From positions 14,467 through 56,749 of the forward strand of contig JAULUW010000009.1 in the NCBI GenBank assembly GCA_032111345.1: 42,283 nt of DNA, read 5' to 3'. Of this stretch, positions 17,566 through 26,916 are shown piece after piece. The stretch comes from Bacteroidia bacterium. GTDB taxonomy: Bacteria; Bacteroidota; Bacteroidia; NS11-12g; UBA955. Numbering within the stretch: position 1 is the first letter of the stretch; each line of letters begins with the position of its first letter. Below the pieces are notes generated by a model, which saw only the letters and a program-made list of their open reading frames with translations, was not told the origin of the DNA and did not search any database. The position numbers and the translations under genes were made by a program.

Positions 17566-19188
17566 ATGAAACTTATTAAACGATTTCTACCACTGATAAT
17601 CATATTAGCCTCATTTAATGTGGCTTATGGGCAAGTTGAATTAAAACTTGACTTCTATAAACATTTCAAATATGGACATCAAAAATTCACCAATGGTTAT
17701 TTTAAAAATCCCCAAATGGAAATGGACTTATTGGGGAATGTCTTTATTGCCATTTCAACTACGGATTATTATGAATTTGAAACCGACAATGATACCGGTA
17801 GTTTGATTTTATTATTGAAGTTTGATAAAGACGGTAATTTAAAATGGAAGAAAAAGTGGAAGTACACGGATTTTTCATTTGCAGCGTTCACAGGTTTACA
17901 AGCGGATGACAATGGAGGCGTTTGGGCAAAAGGACCTCTTAATTTAGCCGTTGAGGTAAAAATAGACGAAAAAAAATACAATACATTCCCCAATGCTAGG
18001 ACTTCATTTCACTTTAACCAAAACGGCAATTTTGACAGAATGGCGCCCATGCATTTTGCTTGTAATTCCGAACTAATTAAGGGATTAGACGGAAATTATT
18101 ACAGTATTGGTAACGCTGGAGAATTATCAAGTTTTGATGATAGTGGTAAAGTAGTCCTTGACTATTTTAAACCTTTTTATAATTTAAATAGGCCTGAATT
18201 CGCCATAAGTGCCAATGGTGATCGCGCTTTTGTAACCATTGACCCTTCAGGATCTCGCAACATGTATGATACTGTTTATTCGTGGACTAATTACGGCCAT
18301 ACTGTAATTTGCTTCGATAGTTCAGGAAAAGTGAAATGGCATAGATTAATTAAGGATGTTGGATGGCAAAATGAAGCAGCCCACCATAGGGTTCGATATG
18401 ATAAACAAGGAAACTTGTATGTAGCATCCAATTTTTCTAAAAACACGCCTGGTAAATCCGGACTTTTTTCTGGGGGATATAGGGCCATTATTTATAAATT
18501 CGATACAAATGGAGTGTTAGTGGGAGAGTTTTACGATACTACCAAAATCGGTGATTTTAAAATGAGTTCAGAAGCTTGGCTGTATAATGATGAACAAGGT
18601 AGAATAAATGCTGTTATCTATACCTATAATGGTTACAATGAACAGCATTACCCCAAAGTCAATTTAACTGCTGCGCAATCCGGTAAAATGTTAAAGGTCG
18701 TATTTGACTCCAACTTCAATGCAACACAATATTTTTTAGGTCCCAGAGTAGGTGTTCCTGGGAATTCTATGCCATCAAATAAATTTTGTATGTTTCACAA
18801 AACGTATTCCTTAGACAATAAATATCGTTTACCCGACAATACTGAAATTTTACTCATGAGCAATGAAGATATGGTATTTATGGTTTTAGATAGCATAGGT
18901 AGACCCGCTTCTACGCATACTCTCCAAGAGCCCAACCAATTGTCGGTTATTCCCAATCCAAATCATGGGGACTTTAAAATCAAGCTTGTTAATGATCAAT
19001 TTAAGGAGCTAAACATCAAAATTTATAATTCAAATGGTCAACTAATATTAAACGAAACAACGACAAGAAATAAAGCTGGCGAATACACTATTTCATTGCC
19101 GAAGTCTTTCCGAACTTCAGGATTTTACTTCATTTCAATAAAAACAGATACCGGCGTTCAATATCAAGAAAAAATATTCGTAGTTTGA
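17566..19188 (+). CDS. Secreted beta-propeller-like repeat protein with a T9SS type A C-terminal sorting domain.
   Basis: The likely start is the ATG at 17566 (MKLIKRFLPLIIILASFNVAYGQ signal peptide). Repeated D.(D/S)GN(L)/GKV motifs (DKDGNLKWKK, DSSGKVKWHR, DKQGNLYVAS, DTNGVLVGE). C-terminal LSVIPNPNHGDFKIKL...YFISIKTDTGVQYQEKIFVV. Confidence 0.7.
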   Translation: MKLIKRFLPLIIILASFNVAYGQVELKLDFYKHFKYGHQKFTNGYFKNPQMEMDLLGNVFIAISTTDYYEFETDNDTGSLILLLKFDKDGNLKWKKKWKYTDFSFAAFTGLQADDNGGVWAKGPLNLAVEVKIDEKKYNTFPNARTSFHFNQNGNFDRMAPMHFACNSELIKGLDGNYYSIGNAGELSSFDDSGKVVLDYFKPFYNLNRPEFAISANGDRAFVTIDPSGSRNMYDTVYSWTNYGHTVICFDSSGKVKWHRLIKDVGWQNEAAHHRVRYDKQGNLYVASNFSKNTPGKSGLFSGGYRAIIYKFDTNGVLVGEFYDTTKIGDFKMSSEAWLYNDEQGRINAVIYTYNGYNEQHYPKVNLTAAQSGKMLKVVFDSNFNATQYFLGPRVGVPGNSMPSNKFCMFHKTYSLDNKYRLPDNTEILLMSNEDMVFMVLDSIGRPASTHTLQEPNQLSVIPNPNHGDFKIKLVNDQFKELNIKIYNSNGQLILNETTTRNKAGEYTISLPKSFRTSGFYFISIKTDTGVQYQEKIFVV

Positions 19189-19308
19189 ACATTCTGCAAT
19201 TCGAATAGCGACATTCCTGGTAAAATAAAAAAAACCACTAGAAATGGTGACTTTTCTCTTTTGTTAACGGGGAATGATCAAATACACAAGCAATCGGATT
19301 TGGTGGGG

Positions 19309-19428
19309 CCAAAGAAGTAGAAATTCGAGTGGTTCAATTAATTAATGTTTCATAGCTGATTTTTCAGCTCATGGCTGATATTTGAGATATGTAGTATAAA
19401 TCTGGTTATTATTCATATCTTTGTTTGC
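19309..19428. repeat. Copy B of the ~120-bp direct repeat; weaker similarity starts near 19268.
   Basis: See copy A. Copy B ends 24 nt before the AbiEi ATG and contains a TAnnTTTG box (TATCTTTG, 19416..19423). Confidence 0.85.
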
Positions 19429-19451
19429 AGGTTAAAGCTGATAATTAAGCT

Positions 19452-20273
19452 ATGAAAAACAAATTGATCTCTACACAGTCCAACGAACTCTTAACGTATT
19501 TCCATCAATTGGGTAAGGAAAGCTTTGATAATTCTGAAGCCCAATTAGCCCTGCCTAAATCAAAGGAAAGTGCAGTGGGTGAGCTTCTAAGCGATATGGT
19601 CAAGCGTGGCCTCCTGATGAGGATTAAGCATGGATTATATCATATCATCCCATATGAACAAGATGCTAAGTTGTTTATGCCTGACTGGCATTTACTTGCA
19701 GAACCATTGACTCGAGGTAAAGAATACTATATTGGCTATTACTCAGCCATGCAGATTCATCAATTAATTACGCAGCCATCTTTGAAAGAGCAAATAGTTG
19801 TAGCAAAGCAAGTCAAACCATCCGTTTTAAAAATTAAGGATATTGAATTTCAATTCATTTATCACAATGTCCGTCATTTTTTCGGCGCTAAAAAGATTTG
19901 GATCGATAATTACAATAAGGTTTGGTGCTCAGATTTGGAGAAGACATTTATAGATTGCCTCTTTAAGCCCCATTATGCTGGTGGGATAGTGGAAGTGGCC
20001 AAGGCTATAGCAATGTCAAAAGACATAATCGATTTTGACAAACTTTTTGAATACATAAAGCGATTTGACTCGCAGGCAGTAGTCAAGCGATTGGGGTTTA
20101 TTCTTGAAACCCTTGATTTGGATCTCGCAATCATTGATAAACTGCAAATGCAGAAAACACCATCTTATGTGTTACTTGATACGGAATTACCCAAGGTTGG
20201 CAAGATGATCAGCCGTTGGAGTATTCAGCAAAATTTGGAAACTCAGACTATTAAATCTGCCCTATTCACATGA
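19452..20273 (+). CDS. AbiEi-family antitoxin / transcriptional regulator (type IV TA).
   Basis: 273-aa ORF immediately upstream of, and overlapping by ATGA, an AbiEii-like nucleotidyltransferase gene. Size and position are as in AbiE modules, with N-terminal wHTH-like LLSDMVKRGLLMRIKHGLYHI. Confidence 0.65.
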   Translation: MKNKLISTQSNELLTYFHQLGKESFDNSEAQLALPKSKESAVGELLSDMVKRGLLMRIKHGLYHIIPYEQDAKLFMPDWHLLAEPLTRGKEYYIGYYSAMQIHQLITQPSLKEQIVVAKQVKPSVLKIKDIEFQFIYHNVRHFFGAKKIWIDNYNKVWCSDLEKTFIDCLFKPHYAGGIVEVAKAIAMSKDIIDFDKLFEYIKRFDSQAVVKRLGFILETLDLDLAIIDKLQMQKTPSYVLLDTELPKVGKMISRWSIQQNLETQTIKSALFT

Positions 20274-20898
20274 TCAAGCCAGGAGAAATACAGAAAAAAG
20301 CACGAGAAGTGGGTGTTCGAGACCAACAAATAGAGAAGGATTATATACTCTCGTGGCTTTTACAAGGTATTGCCAATCACAGTCAGCTCAGATCGAAGCT
20401 GGTGTTTAAAGGTGGTACCGTATTAAAGAAAGTGTATTTCAAAGACTATCGGTTTTCAGAAGACCTGGACTTTACATTAATTGATGGTGATGTTTCAAAT
20501 GATCAAATCTTTGAATGGTTTAATCAGGCCTTTGTGTTTATCCGGGAGGAAGCAAATATTCCGACCAAGAGCAACATGAACTAAATTGTTATCCTCTGGA
20601 AGAAATATTAATAGAGAAGCTTCGGTCGGTGATGCAAAGAATGCAAGCCCGAGACTTTTATGATATTTGGTATTTAACCGAGATACATGGAATGGACGTG
20701 GCCTATTATACAAAGGAGTTCAAATCTAAGTGCGAGAGTAAAGGGTTGAATCCAAGCGATTTCCAAATAAAACTGTCCCAACGCCTTCCTCAATATAAAG
20801 GTCGATGGACTTCTTCGATGTCTGATCAGATCAAAAAATTACCAGAATTTGATCAAGTGGAGAGAGAAGTCATGAGGCATTTAAAGAAATTAAACTAG
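20270..20898 (+). pseudogene. AbiEii/DUF1814-type nucleotidyltransferase toxin gene, frameshifted and probably internally deleted.
   Basis: 20270..20584 encodes the N-terminal NTase part (KLVFKGGTVLKKVY...YRFSEDLDFTL) and stops at TAA. The conserved distal block (CYPLEEILIEKLRSVMQRMQARDFYDIWYL) continues in a different frame, open from 20524 and listed as ORF 20629..20898. The two conserved blocks are much closer together than I would expect for full-length family members. Confidence 0.6.
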
Positions 20899-20942
20899 TC
20901 GTCAAAAATATATCCCCTTATTTGTACAGTCGTAAATACATC

Positions 20943-22001
20943 CTACACAAATCGTGCAATATTCACCTCCTCCGGCAACTCGCTGCCATTGCACAGAAAA
21001 TCGGCGTACCTCGGACTTAAATAACTGACCAAACTGCTGCCCTTAGATCCCAATCCGTTGTATATATATAAGGTATCGTGCTGCGGGTGCTGACCTAAAA
21101 ACGGCCGCCAAGTCGCTACCGTGGGCCGCGGAGCCCGCCTGTGCGACACCAATTTGATTTCTTGGGGAATCCATTCTTTAAACAATTCAATCAATTCAGC
21201 GGCGTGATGCGCTTCGGGAACGGTACTCAGACTCTCATTGTGATACGTGCTTCCCCCGAGCCAACGATTGCCCCCAATAGGAACCAACCACTCCTTGCGT
21301 TTTAAAATGAAATCTTGAGGCAGGTCATTTATTTCCAATTCCAAAATATCGCCGCCCGTTGCCCCTAAAGGCAAATAGTTGAAATACGGATTCTCATACA
21401 AACCAATGCCTTCCGCAAAAACAATGCGACGCGACCATAAATCGTGGAGGCTCCAAACGTCGTTTTCTCGTTTGAGTTCGGAATGAAGGAAGTCTTGATT
21501 TATTTTATCAATACCTACTTGAGCAAAGTAGAGATACGCCGCGTCTAGAAACTCTTTTACATCGAGCTTTCCCGATAAATGACACAAGGCCCCTCCAAAG
21601 GGTAGGGGAAGTCCGTGCGAATCGGAAGGATCTATGGGACTTAAATGTTGTTGGAAGCCGTTCTCGCGCGACCTTTTCGTCCAATTTTTGGTATGTTGCG
21701 CGTTTTTATGCACCTGCAACGTGGGAATTCGATGGATGAATTTGGCCCCAAATAAATGCTCCCAATTTTCGTAATATTCAAATACCGACGGGTAAATTTC
21801 GTCGCATTTCCAGGCCTTTTGAACGTTTCTGGGCACCATCGGATTCATCATGCCGGCAGCAGTGCGGCTGCTGCTGTGCTCCTTGGCATCGTCAATTAGC
21901 GCAATGCGCTGTCCTTTTTTATGGAGTTCAAGCGCCAAAGTACTGCCCGCAATGCCCGCGCCCACTATTAAAAAGTCATAAGTTTTTGCTTCTTCAACCA
22001 T
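20943..22001 (-). CDS. FAD-dependent oxidoreductase (DAO/glycine-oxidase-like).
   Basis: N-terminal Rossmann motif YDFLIVGAGIAGSTLALEL...IALID; 352 aa. Confidence 0.7.
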   Translation of the reverse strand: MVEEAKTYDFLIVGAGIAGSTLALELHKKGQRIALIDDAKEHSSSRTAAGMMNPMVPRNVQKAWKCDEIYPSVFEYYENWEHLFGAKFIHRIPTLQVHKNAQHTKNWTKRSRENGFQQHLSPIDPSDSHGLPLPFGGALCHLSGKLDVKEFLDAAYLYFAQVGIDKINQDFLHSELKRENDVWSLHDLWSRRIVFAEGIGLYENPYFNYLPLGATGGDILELEINDLPQDFILKRKEWLVPIGGNRWLGGSTYHNESLSTVPEAHHAAELIELFKEWIPQEIKLVSHRRAPRPTVATWRPFLGQHPQHDTLYIYNGLGSKGSSLVSYLSPRYADFLCNGSELPEEVNIARFV

Positions 22002-22033
22002 AAATCAAGATCTTGCACGAAGTTACCACAATC

Positions 22034-22663
22034 ATGAAGAAAATCTGGAGTTTATGCACCCTCTTATTTATCGCGACTTTGGGTCATGCACAAATAACGA
22101 AATTTCCGCAAAGCAAGCAATTTTACGGCGCTTTGGGAACGCAAGTGCTTTTTTCACAACTCGATGGAGATGGGGCTTCGGGTTATAATAAATTCGGACT
22201 CCAATTGGAAGCCTTGGTGGGCTTTACCCTGAATGAGCAGGAGGCCATTGAGGCAAGTCTGGGTTTTTCCGAACGCGGATCTCGAAAAGGCACCGATCCC
22301 GAAAATATGGATTTTCGTATTTTTCATATTCGGCACCAATGGTTGGAAGGAAGTTTGAGTTATGCAAGACCCTTAAAAGGAGTTCTGGCCCACGCTGGAT
22401 TGAGAATGGCCTATTTAATTGCCGCCCAAGAAACCGAAGGATTTGATCCCAATATAGAACAAGGCATGCGCAAAATAAATGTACTCGGCGAAATTGGAAT
22501 TCGATACCCCATAAACCCACATTGGTCGCTTTCCGCAAAAGCGTCTTACAGCCTCTATTCCTTGCTCAAAAACGACAACAGTACGTTTTTACCCAATTCA
22601 ATTTACCAATCTGCTGGCTTGTTCTCCAATAATATCGGAATAGGCATTAATTTTACGCCTTGA
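22034..22663 (+). CDS. Outer-membrane beta-barrel (porin-family/OmpA-N-like) protein.
   Basis: Signal peptide MKKIWSLCTLLFIATLGHAQ from the ATG at 22034. Alternating amphipathic strands; C-terminal IGIGINFTP. Confidence 0.55.
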   Translation: MKKIWSLCTLLFIATLGHAQITKFPQSKQFYGALGTQVLFSQLDGDGASGYNKFGLQLEALVGFTLNEQEAIEASLGFSERGSRKGTDPENMDFRIFHIRHQWLEGSLSYARPLKGVLAHAGLRMAYLIAAQETEGFDPNIEQGMRKINVLGEIGIRYPINPHWSLSAKASYSLYSLLKNDNSTFLPNSIYQSAGLFSNNIGIGINFTP

Positions 22664-23196
22664 TGAAAAGCCTGATTATTTGTTTCATTTTTATCTGGGG
22701 AATTTACCCCCTTGCCGCTCAAAAACAATCCGATTCGGCAGTATTGTCTTCGGGAACAAGAGGCAAAAAAGGATATTCGGAAAGCCAAGATGCATATTCC
22801 CATAGCGGTATGACTATAGCTTCTATGGACAAAACCGCGCGCATCCGCTTTGTTTTGCGACAGCAGTTGGAAGCCTGGAATGCAGGGAACATGGAAGGGT
22901 ATATGCAGGGGTATTGGAATTCAGACTCCCTGCAATTCATCACGGCAAAAAAAATCACCTACGGGTATCAAACCGTTTTGGAAAACTATAAAAAGTCTTA
23001 TCCGAATAAAGAAAAAATGGGTCATTTAGACTTTGAAATTCTTAAGATTCAGTTTTTAGATCCTTTATCGAATACAGCGCAAGTCTTGGGTACATGGCAC
23101 GTACAAGGCGAAAATTCGAATGCCCAAGGAACATTTTCCTTAATCCTGAAGTTTTTCGGCGCCGAACCTAAAATCATCATCGACCATACGTTCTGA
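22663..23196 (+). CDS. NTF2/SnoaL-like (DUF4440-type) protein with a signal peptide.
   Basis: MKSLIICFIFIWGIYPLAAQ, then IRFVLRQQLEAWNAGNMEGYMQGYWNSDSLQFI, typical of DUF4440/SnoaL-like folds. Confidence 0.45.
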   Translation: MKSLIICFIFIWGIYPLAAQKQSDSAVLSSGTRGKKGYSESQDAYSHSGMTIASMDKTARIRFVLRQQLEAWNAGNMEGYMQGYWNSDSLQFITAKKITYGYQTVLENYKKSYPNKEKMGHLDFEILKIQFLDPLSNTAQVLGTWHVQGENSNAQGTFSLILKFFGAEPKIIIDHTF

Positions 23197-23198
23197 AG

Positions 23199-24656
23199 AT
23201 GCGTTTTTTACAAAAACACAAATGGCTTTTTGCACTTTTGACCTTGCAAATGGCCTTACATGCACCATTCATGAATCGGGTTGCCATGGGAAATCACGTT
23301 TGGCGGCAGTGCAATACCCTGGCCGTAGCAAAAAACTACTACGAGCAGGATATGAATATTTTGTATCCCCGCATCGATAAAAACTACGGCACAAATGGTA
23401 TTACGGGTCCGCAATTCACGTCTTACGACTATACCTTGGCCCTGTTATATAAAGGTTTCGGATTTTCGGAAACCACACACCGTTGGTTCAGTTTATTCCT
23501 GTCTTTATTGGCGCTTGCCGGCACGGTGGCGGTAATCAAGATCTACCTTCCCAATGGCCATGCCGCCTATTGGGGCGGTTTGGCATTGATAGGGATTCCC
23601 GAATTTTACTATTACAGCATTGCGGCAGTTCCAGATTTATTGGCTTTGGCGGCCATGGTTTGGGGGTGGTGGTATTTCTACCGGTATTTGAATCGCCCAT
23701 CGGCGATGAATTTAATTTATACCATGCTGTTATTGGCCTTGGCCGGAATGACCAAATTGATGTTTTTGGTGCCGGGTTTTGTTTTTCTGGGGGAAATTAT
23801 CCGCCGCAAGGCTTGGAATACCAGAGATGTGGCAGGCTATGGCGTATTGGCGTTGGGCGTTTTGGGGACTTCCGCTTGGTGGTATTTCTGGGCAAAGTAC
23901 CTAACCGATATGAATGGGATTAATGAATTCGTTCATGCCATCCGATTTAAAGAATCGATTTCTGCCGCGCTCCAAGTATGGATAAAGAATATGGGGATCG
24001 ATGCGGTTGAAACGTGGGTGGGGTATCCTTTATTGATTCCTGTTTTTGGAGGTTTGTTTTTGGCTTTAAAGCGTCATGCCCGTGATCTGAGGGTATTGTT
24101 TTCTTTGCTAGCCGCTACCTTATATTATGGGGTAATGCAACACCAATTGGAACATCATGGGTACTATATCGTATTATTTGTGCCTTTTATCGCTTTGTCG
24201 GCTGCCTATTTTGTGCACAGGATGGAGCGGCGTTCCAAGACTTCCCCCGAGAAGAATTTAGTGTTTACGAAATGGCATATTCTGTTACTTTTAGCCCCTA
24301 TTTGGTCGGTTTTGCGCATGTCGCACAACTTCAATGAACAGCAAGCGGGAATGCCGGCTATTTTTACCCAACCCGCAGATAGGGTGCAGATGCAAGCCTT
24401 GTCGAAAGCGCAAGATTTGTGGATTGTAGGACCGGATCAATCGGGTTGTGTATTTTTTTATTATTTGGGGGCCAAAGGGTTTCCTTGGTACAATTTAGGA
24501 GATGCGCCAACGGAATTTGCGCGGTTTAAAGAATTGGGAGCCAAGGGGATAATCACTCCGAATGAATCGGATGCGCGGGAGATGTGCCGGCGGGCAAATA
24601 TTGAAATTGGATTGATAAAAAGGCACAATGATTGGGTATGGATTGCATTTAAATGA
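23199..24656 (+). CDS. Polytopic membrane glycosyltransferase-like protein (GT39/ArnT-like).
   Basis: 485 aa with many TM helices followed by a soluble C-terminal domain. The overall architecture resembles ArnT/PMT-type enzymes. No strict motif verified. Confidence 0.4.
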   Translation: MRFLQKHKWLFALLTLQMALHAPFMNRVAMGNHVWRQCNTLAVAKNYYEQDMNILYPRIDKNYGTNGITGPQFTSYDYTLALLYKGFGFSETTHRWFSLFLSLLALAGTVAVIKIYLPNGHAAYWGGLALIGIPEFYYYSIAAVPDLLALAAMVWGWWYFYRYLNRPSAMNLIYTMLLLALAGMTKLMFLVPGFVFLGEIIRRKAWNTRDVAGYGVLALGVLGTSAWWYFWAKYLTDMNGINEFVHAIRFKESISAALQVWIKNMGIDAVETWVGYPLLIPVFGGLFLALKRHARDLRVLFSLLAATLYYGVMQHQLEHHGYYIVLFVPFIALSAAYFVHRMERRSKTSPEKNLVFTKWHILLLLAPIWSVLRMSHNFNEQQAGMPAIFTQPADRVQMQALSKAQDLWIVGPDQSGCVFFYYLGAKGFPWYNLGDAPTEFARFKELGAKGIITPNESDAREMCRRANIEIGLIKRHNDWVWIAFK

Positions 24657-24697
24657 AAAATATTCTTGCATTCATTGTTTTAGGAAATAGATTTATG

Positions 24698-24705
24698 TAT
24701 ATTTG
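24698..24705 (+). promoter_or_regulatory. Bacteroidota -7 promoter box TATATTTG upstream of rplS.
   Basis: Exact TAnnTTTG 24 nt upstream of the ATG, with a TTG at 24676..24678 at -33-like spacing. Confidence 0.55.
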
Positions 24706-24728
24706 CAGCCCGATTTGAAACGAAAATC

Positions 24729-25082
24729 ATGAACTTAATAGTAAATAGCATCACTCAAGAAACGTTGCGTACCGATTTGCCTGATTTTAAAGCTGGTGAC
24801 CGTATAACCGTTTTTTATAAGATCAAGGAAGGTAGCAAGGAGCGTATTCAACAGTTCCAAGGCGATGTATTGCAACGTCGTAATGCAGGGGTGAACGAAA
24901 TGTTTACCGTTCGTAAAATATCTAACGGAATTGGTGTTGAACGTATTTTTCCTTTACACAGTCCTTACATCGACAAAATCGAAGTCAATCGTCATGGTAA
25001 GGTACGTCGTGCTCGTATATTCTACTTACGGGATCAAATTGGTAAAAAAGCGCGTATCAAAGAACGTCGTATCGTTAAATAA
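24729..25082 (+). CDS. rplS: 50S ribosomal protein L19.
   Basis: [37 protein letters not shown]...[26 protein letters not shown]...[12 protein letters not shown] is a clear L19 sequence. Confidence 0.95.
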   Translation: MNLIVNSITQETLRTDLPDFKAGDRITVFYKIKEGSKERIQQFQGDVLQRRNAGVNEMFTVRKISNGIGVERIFPLHSPYIDKIEVNRHGKVRRARIFYLRDQIGKKARIKERRIVK

Positions 25083-25126
25083 GAATTTAAGATTTTCATC
25101 AAATCCGTTCTCAGGGTTTGAATACG

Positions 25127-25153
25127 AAAGGCTCCAATTTGGAGCCTTTTTTT
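25127..25153 (+). terminator. Rho-independent terminator after rplS.
   Basis: aaaggctcc-aattt-ggagccttt followed by a T-run. Confidence 0.75.
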
Positions 25154-25278
25154 ATGCATTCCATTATAGTGTACACTTTGCGGGGTATTCACATTCCTTG
25201 TCTTAAACTTTAAAGCAGCAAATGCGCCAAATTTGTCACTTTAAGGCAATCTTTGTAACAGACAAAATCGCACGCACT

Positions 25279-25884
25279 ATGAGTTTGCCCGAAAGAGACA
25301 TTATAAAATCGAAAATGCGTACACCAGCCGTTAGCATCAACTTTTCCAAATTGGGAGATGAGCAATTGGTGTCGTATTTTCATAAGCCGATTTATACAGA
25401 AGATGCGTTTCGCGAATTATTGCGCCGTTATCAAGCCAAAGTGTATGCCTATGTATGCAATATGCTGGTTTCTAGAGACGATGCAGACGATGTAACGCAA
25501 ATGGTTTTTATCAAAATTTGGCAGAATTTGGCATCATTCAAGGGTGAAAGTAAATTATCTACTTGGATATATCGTATTTCATCGAATGAAACCATTTCGT
25601 TTTTGAGAAAAAAGAAACCAGAAATTGATTTCGATGATGCCTTGGTTTACATGGCGGAACAATTGCAACAAGAGGACGCAATTTCAGCAAGAGAAATCGA
25701 AGTAAAATTGCAAAAGGCCCTTTGTTATTTGCCCTTTAAGCAGAAGTTGGTTTTTGTATTGCGATATTTTGAAGATTTGCCCTTTGAAGAAATTGCAGAA
25801 CTAACACAAACAAGTGTGGGTGCCTTGAAGTCAAGCTACCACCATGCCGTTAAGAAAATTGAAATTTATTTAGGTGTTTTATAA
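25279..25884 (+). CDS. ECF-type RNA polymerase sigma-70 family factor.
   Basis: Region 2 (DADDVTQMVFIKIWQNL...STWIYRISSNE) and region 4 (LPFKQKLVFVLRYFEDLPFEEIAELTQTSVGALKSSYHHAVKKI). An alternative ATG lies at 25222. Confidence 0.85.
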   Translation: MSLPERDIIKSKMRTPAVSINFSKLGDEQLVSYFHKPIYTEDAFRELLRRYQAKVYAYVCNMLVSRDDADDVTQMVFIKIWQNLASFKGESKLSTWIYRISSNETISFLRKKKPEIDFDDALVYMAEQLQQEDAISAREIEVKLQKALCYLPFKQKLVFVLRYFEDLPFEEIAELTQTSVGALKSSYHHAVKKIEIYLGVL

Positions 25885-25893
25885 AGGACAGCT

Positions 25894-26916
25894 ATGAATA
25901 TAGAATTTAGCAAAATCAAATCCCCTTTTCAGCCGAGTCAAGAACATTTGTCCGATATGGCTATGCGCATACAAAGAAAGGTTGGCATAGAGGCACTGGA
26001 ATTATTTGAAAAAACCGAATTAAAAGAGCCCCTTATTCCTAGAAATCCAATTCAATTAAGTGTGGAATTTGGAAATTCCTATGTTTCAGAAAAACCAGAA
26101 CACACGTATATAGAATCGGGAGATTCACAGGGATCTTTACTTTCTGATACGCCTTCGCCTCGTTTAAAGGTTCAACCTGCTTTGGATACCGAAGTGCCCT
26201 ATACGCAAACTGTGTTCAATAATGAGCCAATCTTGGGTGTTCAAGCACAGGAAATAAGTATCCATACAGAACCCATAGCGAATGAGGAAGTACCGGTTTC
26301 AAGGGTCTCAGAAAGCGAGATAATTGGTAAAAGTGTTGAAGAACCTTCACGCTCCAATTCGCAAAATTCGGACCCCATCGTTCAAGAACCCAATAAGGAT
26401 GAGCGGGCGGCAAATCGATTCCGCGATATGGAAATTGAGCGTAAACGTGCAGAAGCTGCTGCCCGTTACGCAGCATTGCTTGATGAATCACGTGCAGATT
26501 ATGTGGCCGTTTCAGCTCCTGTGCCAGAAATAAAGAAAGAATCATTGCCCTGGGCAACAATATTAGGCTTGGCAGCTTCTGTATCCGCTATTGCAACAGC
26601 TTGGTGGGTGTGGAGCATGATACAAACGCCAATGAGCATTGAACAAATTGCAGAAAATTCCCGTGGATCTGCCAAGAACCCCGCAAGTATTCAAGCAGAA
26701 CTTCAAACAAATCCTATTGCTTTGGAAACACTACCTATTGAATATCAAGTGGTTAATGACTTGATATCAGAAGATGCTCCCAAGGAGCAAGGAGTAGTTT
26801 TGCCCCATTTTAAAACAATGGATGAGCAATCTAAAGTGAGTATGGTGGTGTTGGAAAATAATGGATTATTGGTAATGGATCTTGAAGACGATCTTTTTTT
26901 GGAAAGTGAATTATGA
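25894..26916 (+). CDS. Single-pass membrane protein, possible anti-sigma factor.
   Basis: Immediately downstream of the ECF sigma gene, with one TM segment (LPWATILGLAASVSAIATAWWVWSMI). No conserved motif recognised. Confidence 0.4.
   Translation: MNIEFSKIKSPFQPSQEHLSDMAMRIQRKVGIEALELFEKTELKEPLIPRNPIQLSVEFGNSYVSEKPEHTYIESGDSQGSLLSDTPSPRLKVQPALDTEVPYTQTVFNNEPILGVQAQEISIHTEPIANEEVPVSRVSESEIIGKSVEEPSRSNSQNSDPIVQEPNKDERAANRFRDMEIERKRAEAAARYAALLDESRADYVAVSAPVPEIKKESLPWATILGLAASVSAIATAWWVWSMIQTPMSIEQIAENSRGSAKNPASIQAELQTNPIALETLPIEYQVVNDLISEDAPKEQGVVLPHFKTMDEQSKVSMVVLENNGLLVMDLEDDLFLESEL

Noticed and set aside
23483-23923. 146-aa ORF in an alternative frame inside the GT39-like gene, and the many other antisense or alternate-frame ORFs in the track (for example 2012..2236, 6207..6539, 8957..9169, 22224..22538, 26216..26560, 28106..28408, 29191..29505, 30236..30472, 35696..35995, 39863..40198, 41420..41659).
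   Set aside because: Each is fully embedded in a longer ORF with clear family motifs. Their compositions (Gly/Arg/Ser-rich or hydrophobic mirror sequences) are typical of shadow ORFs.
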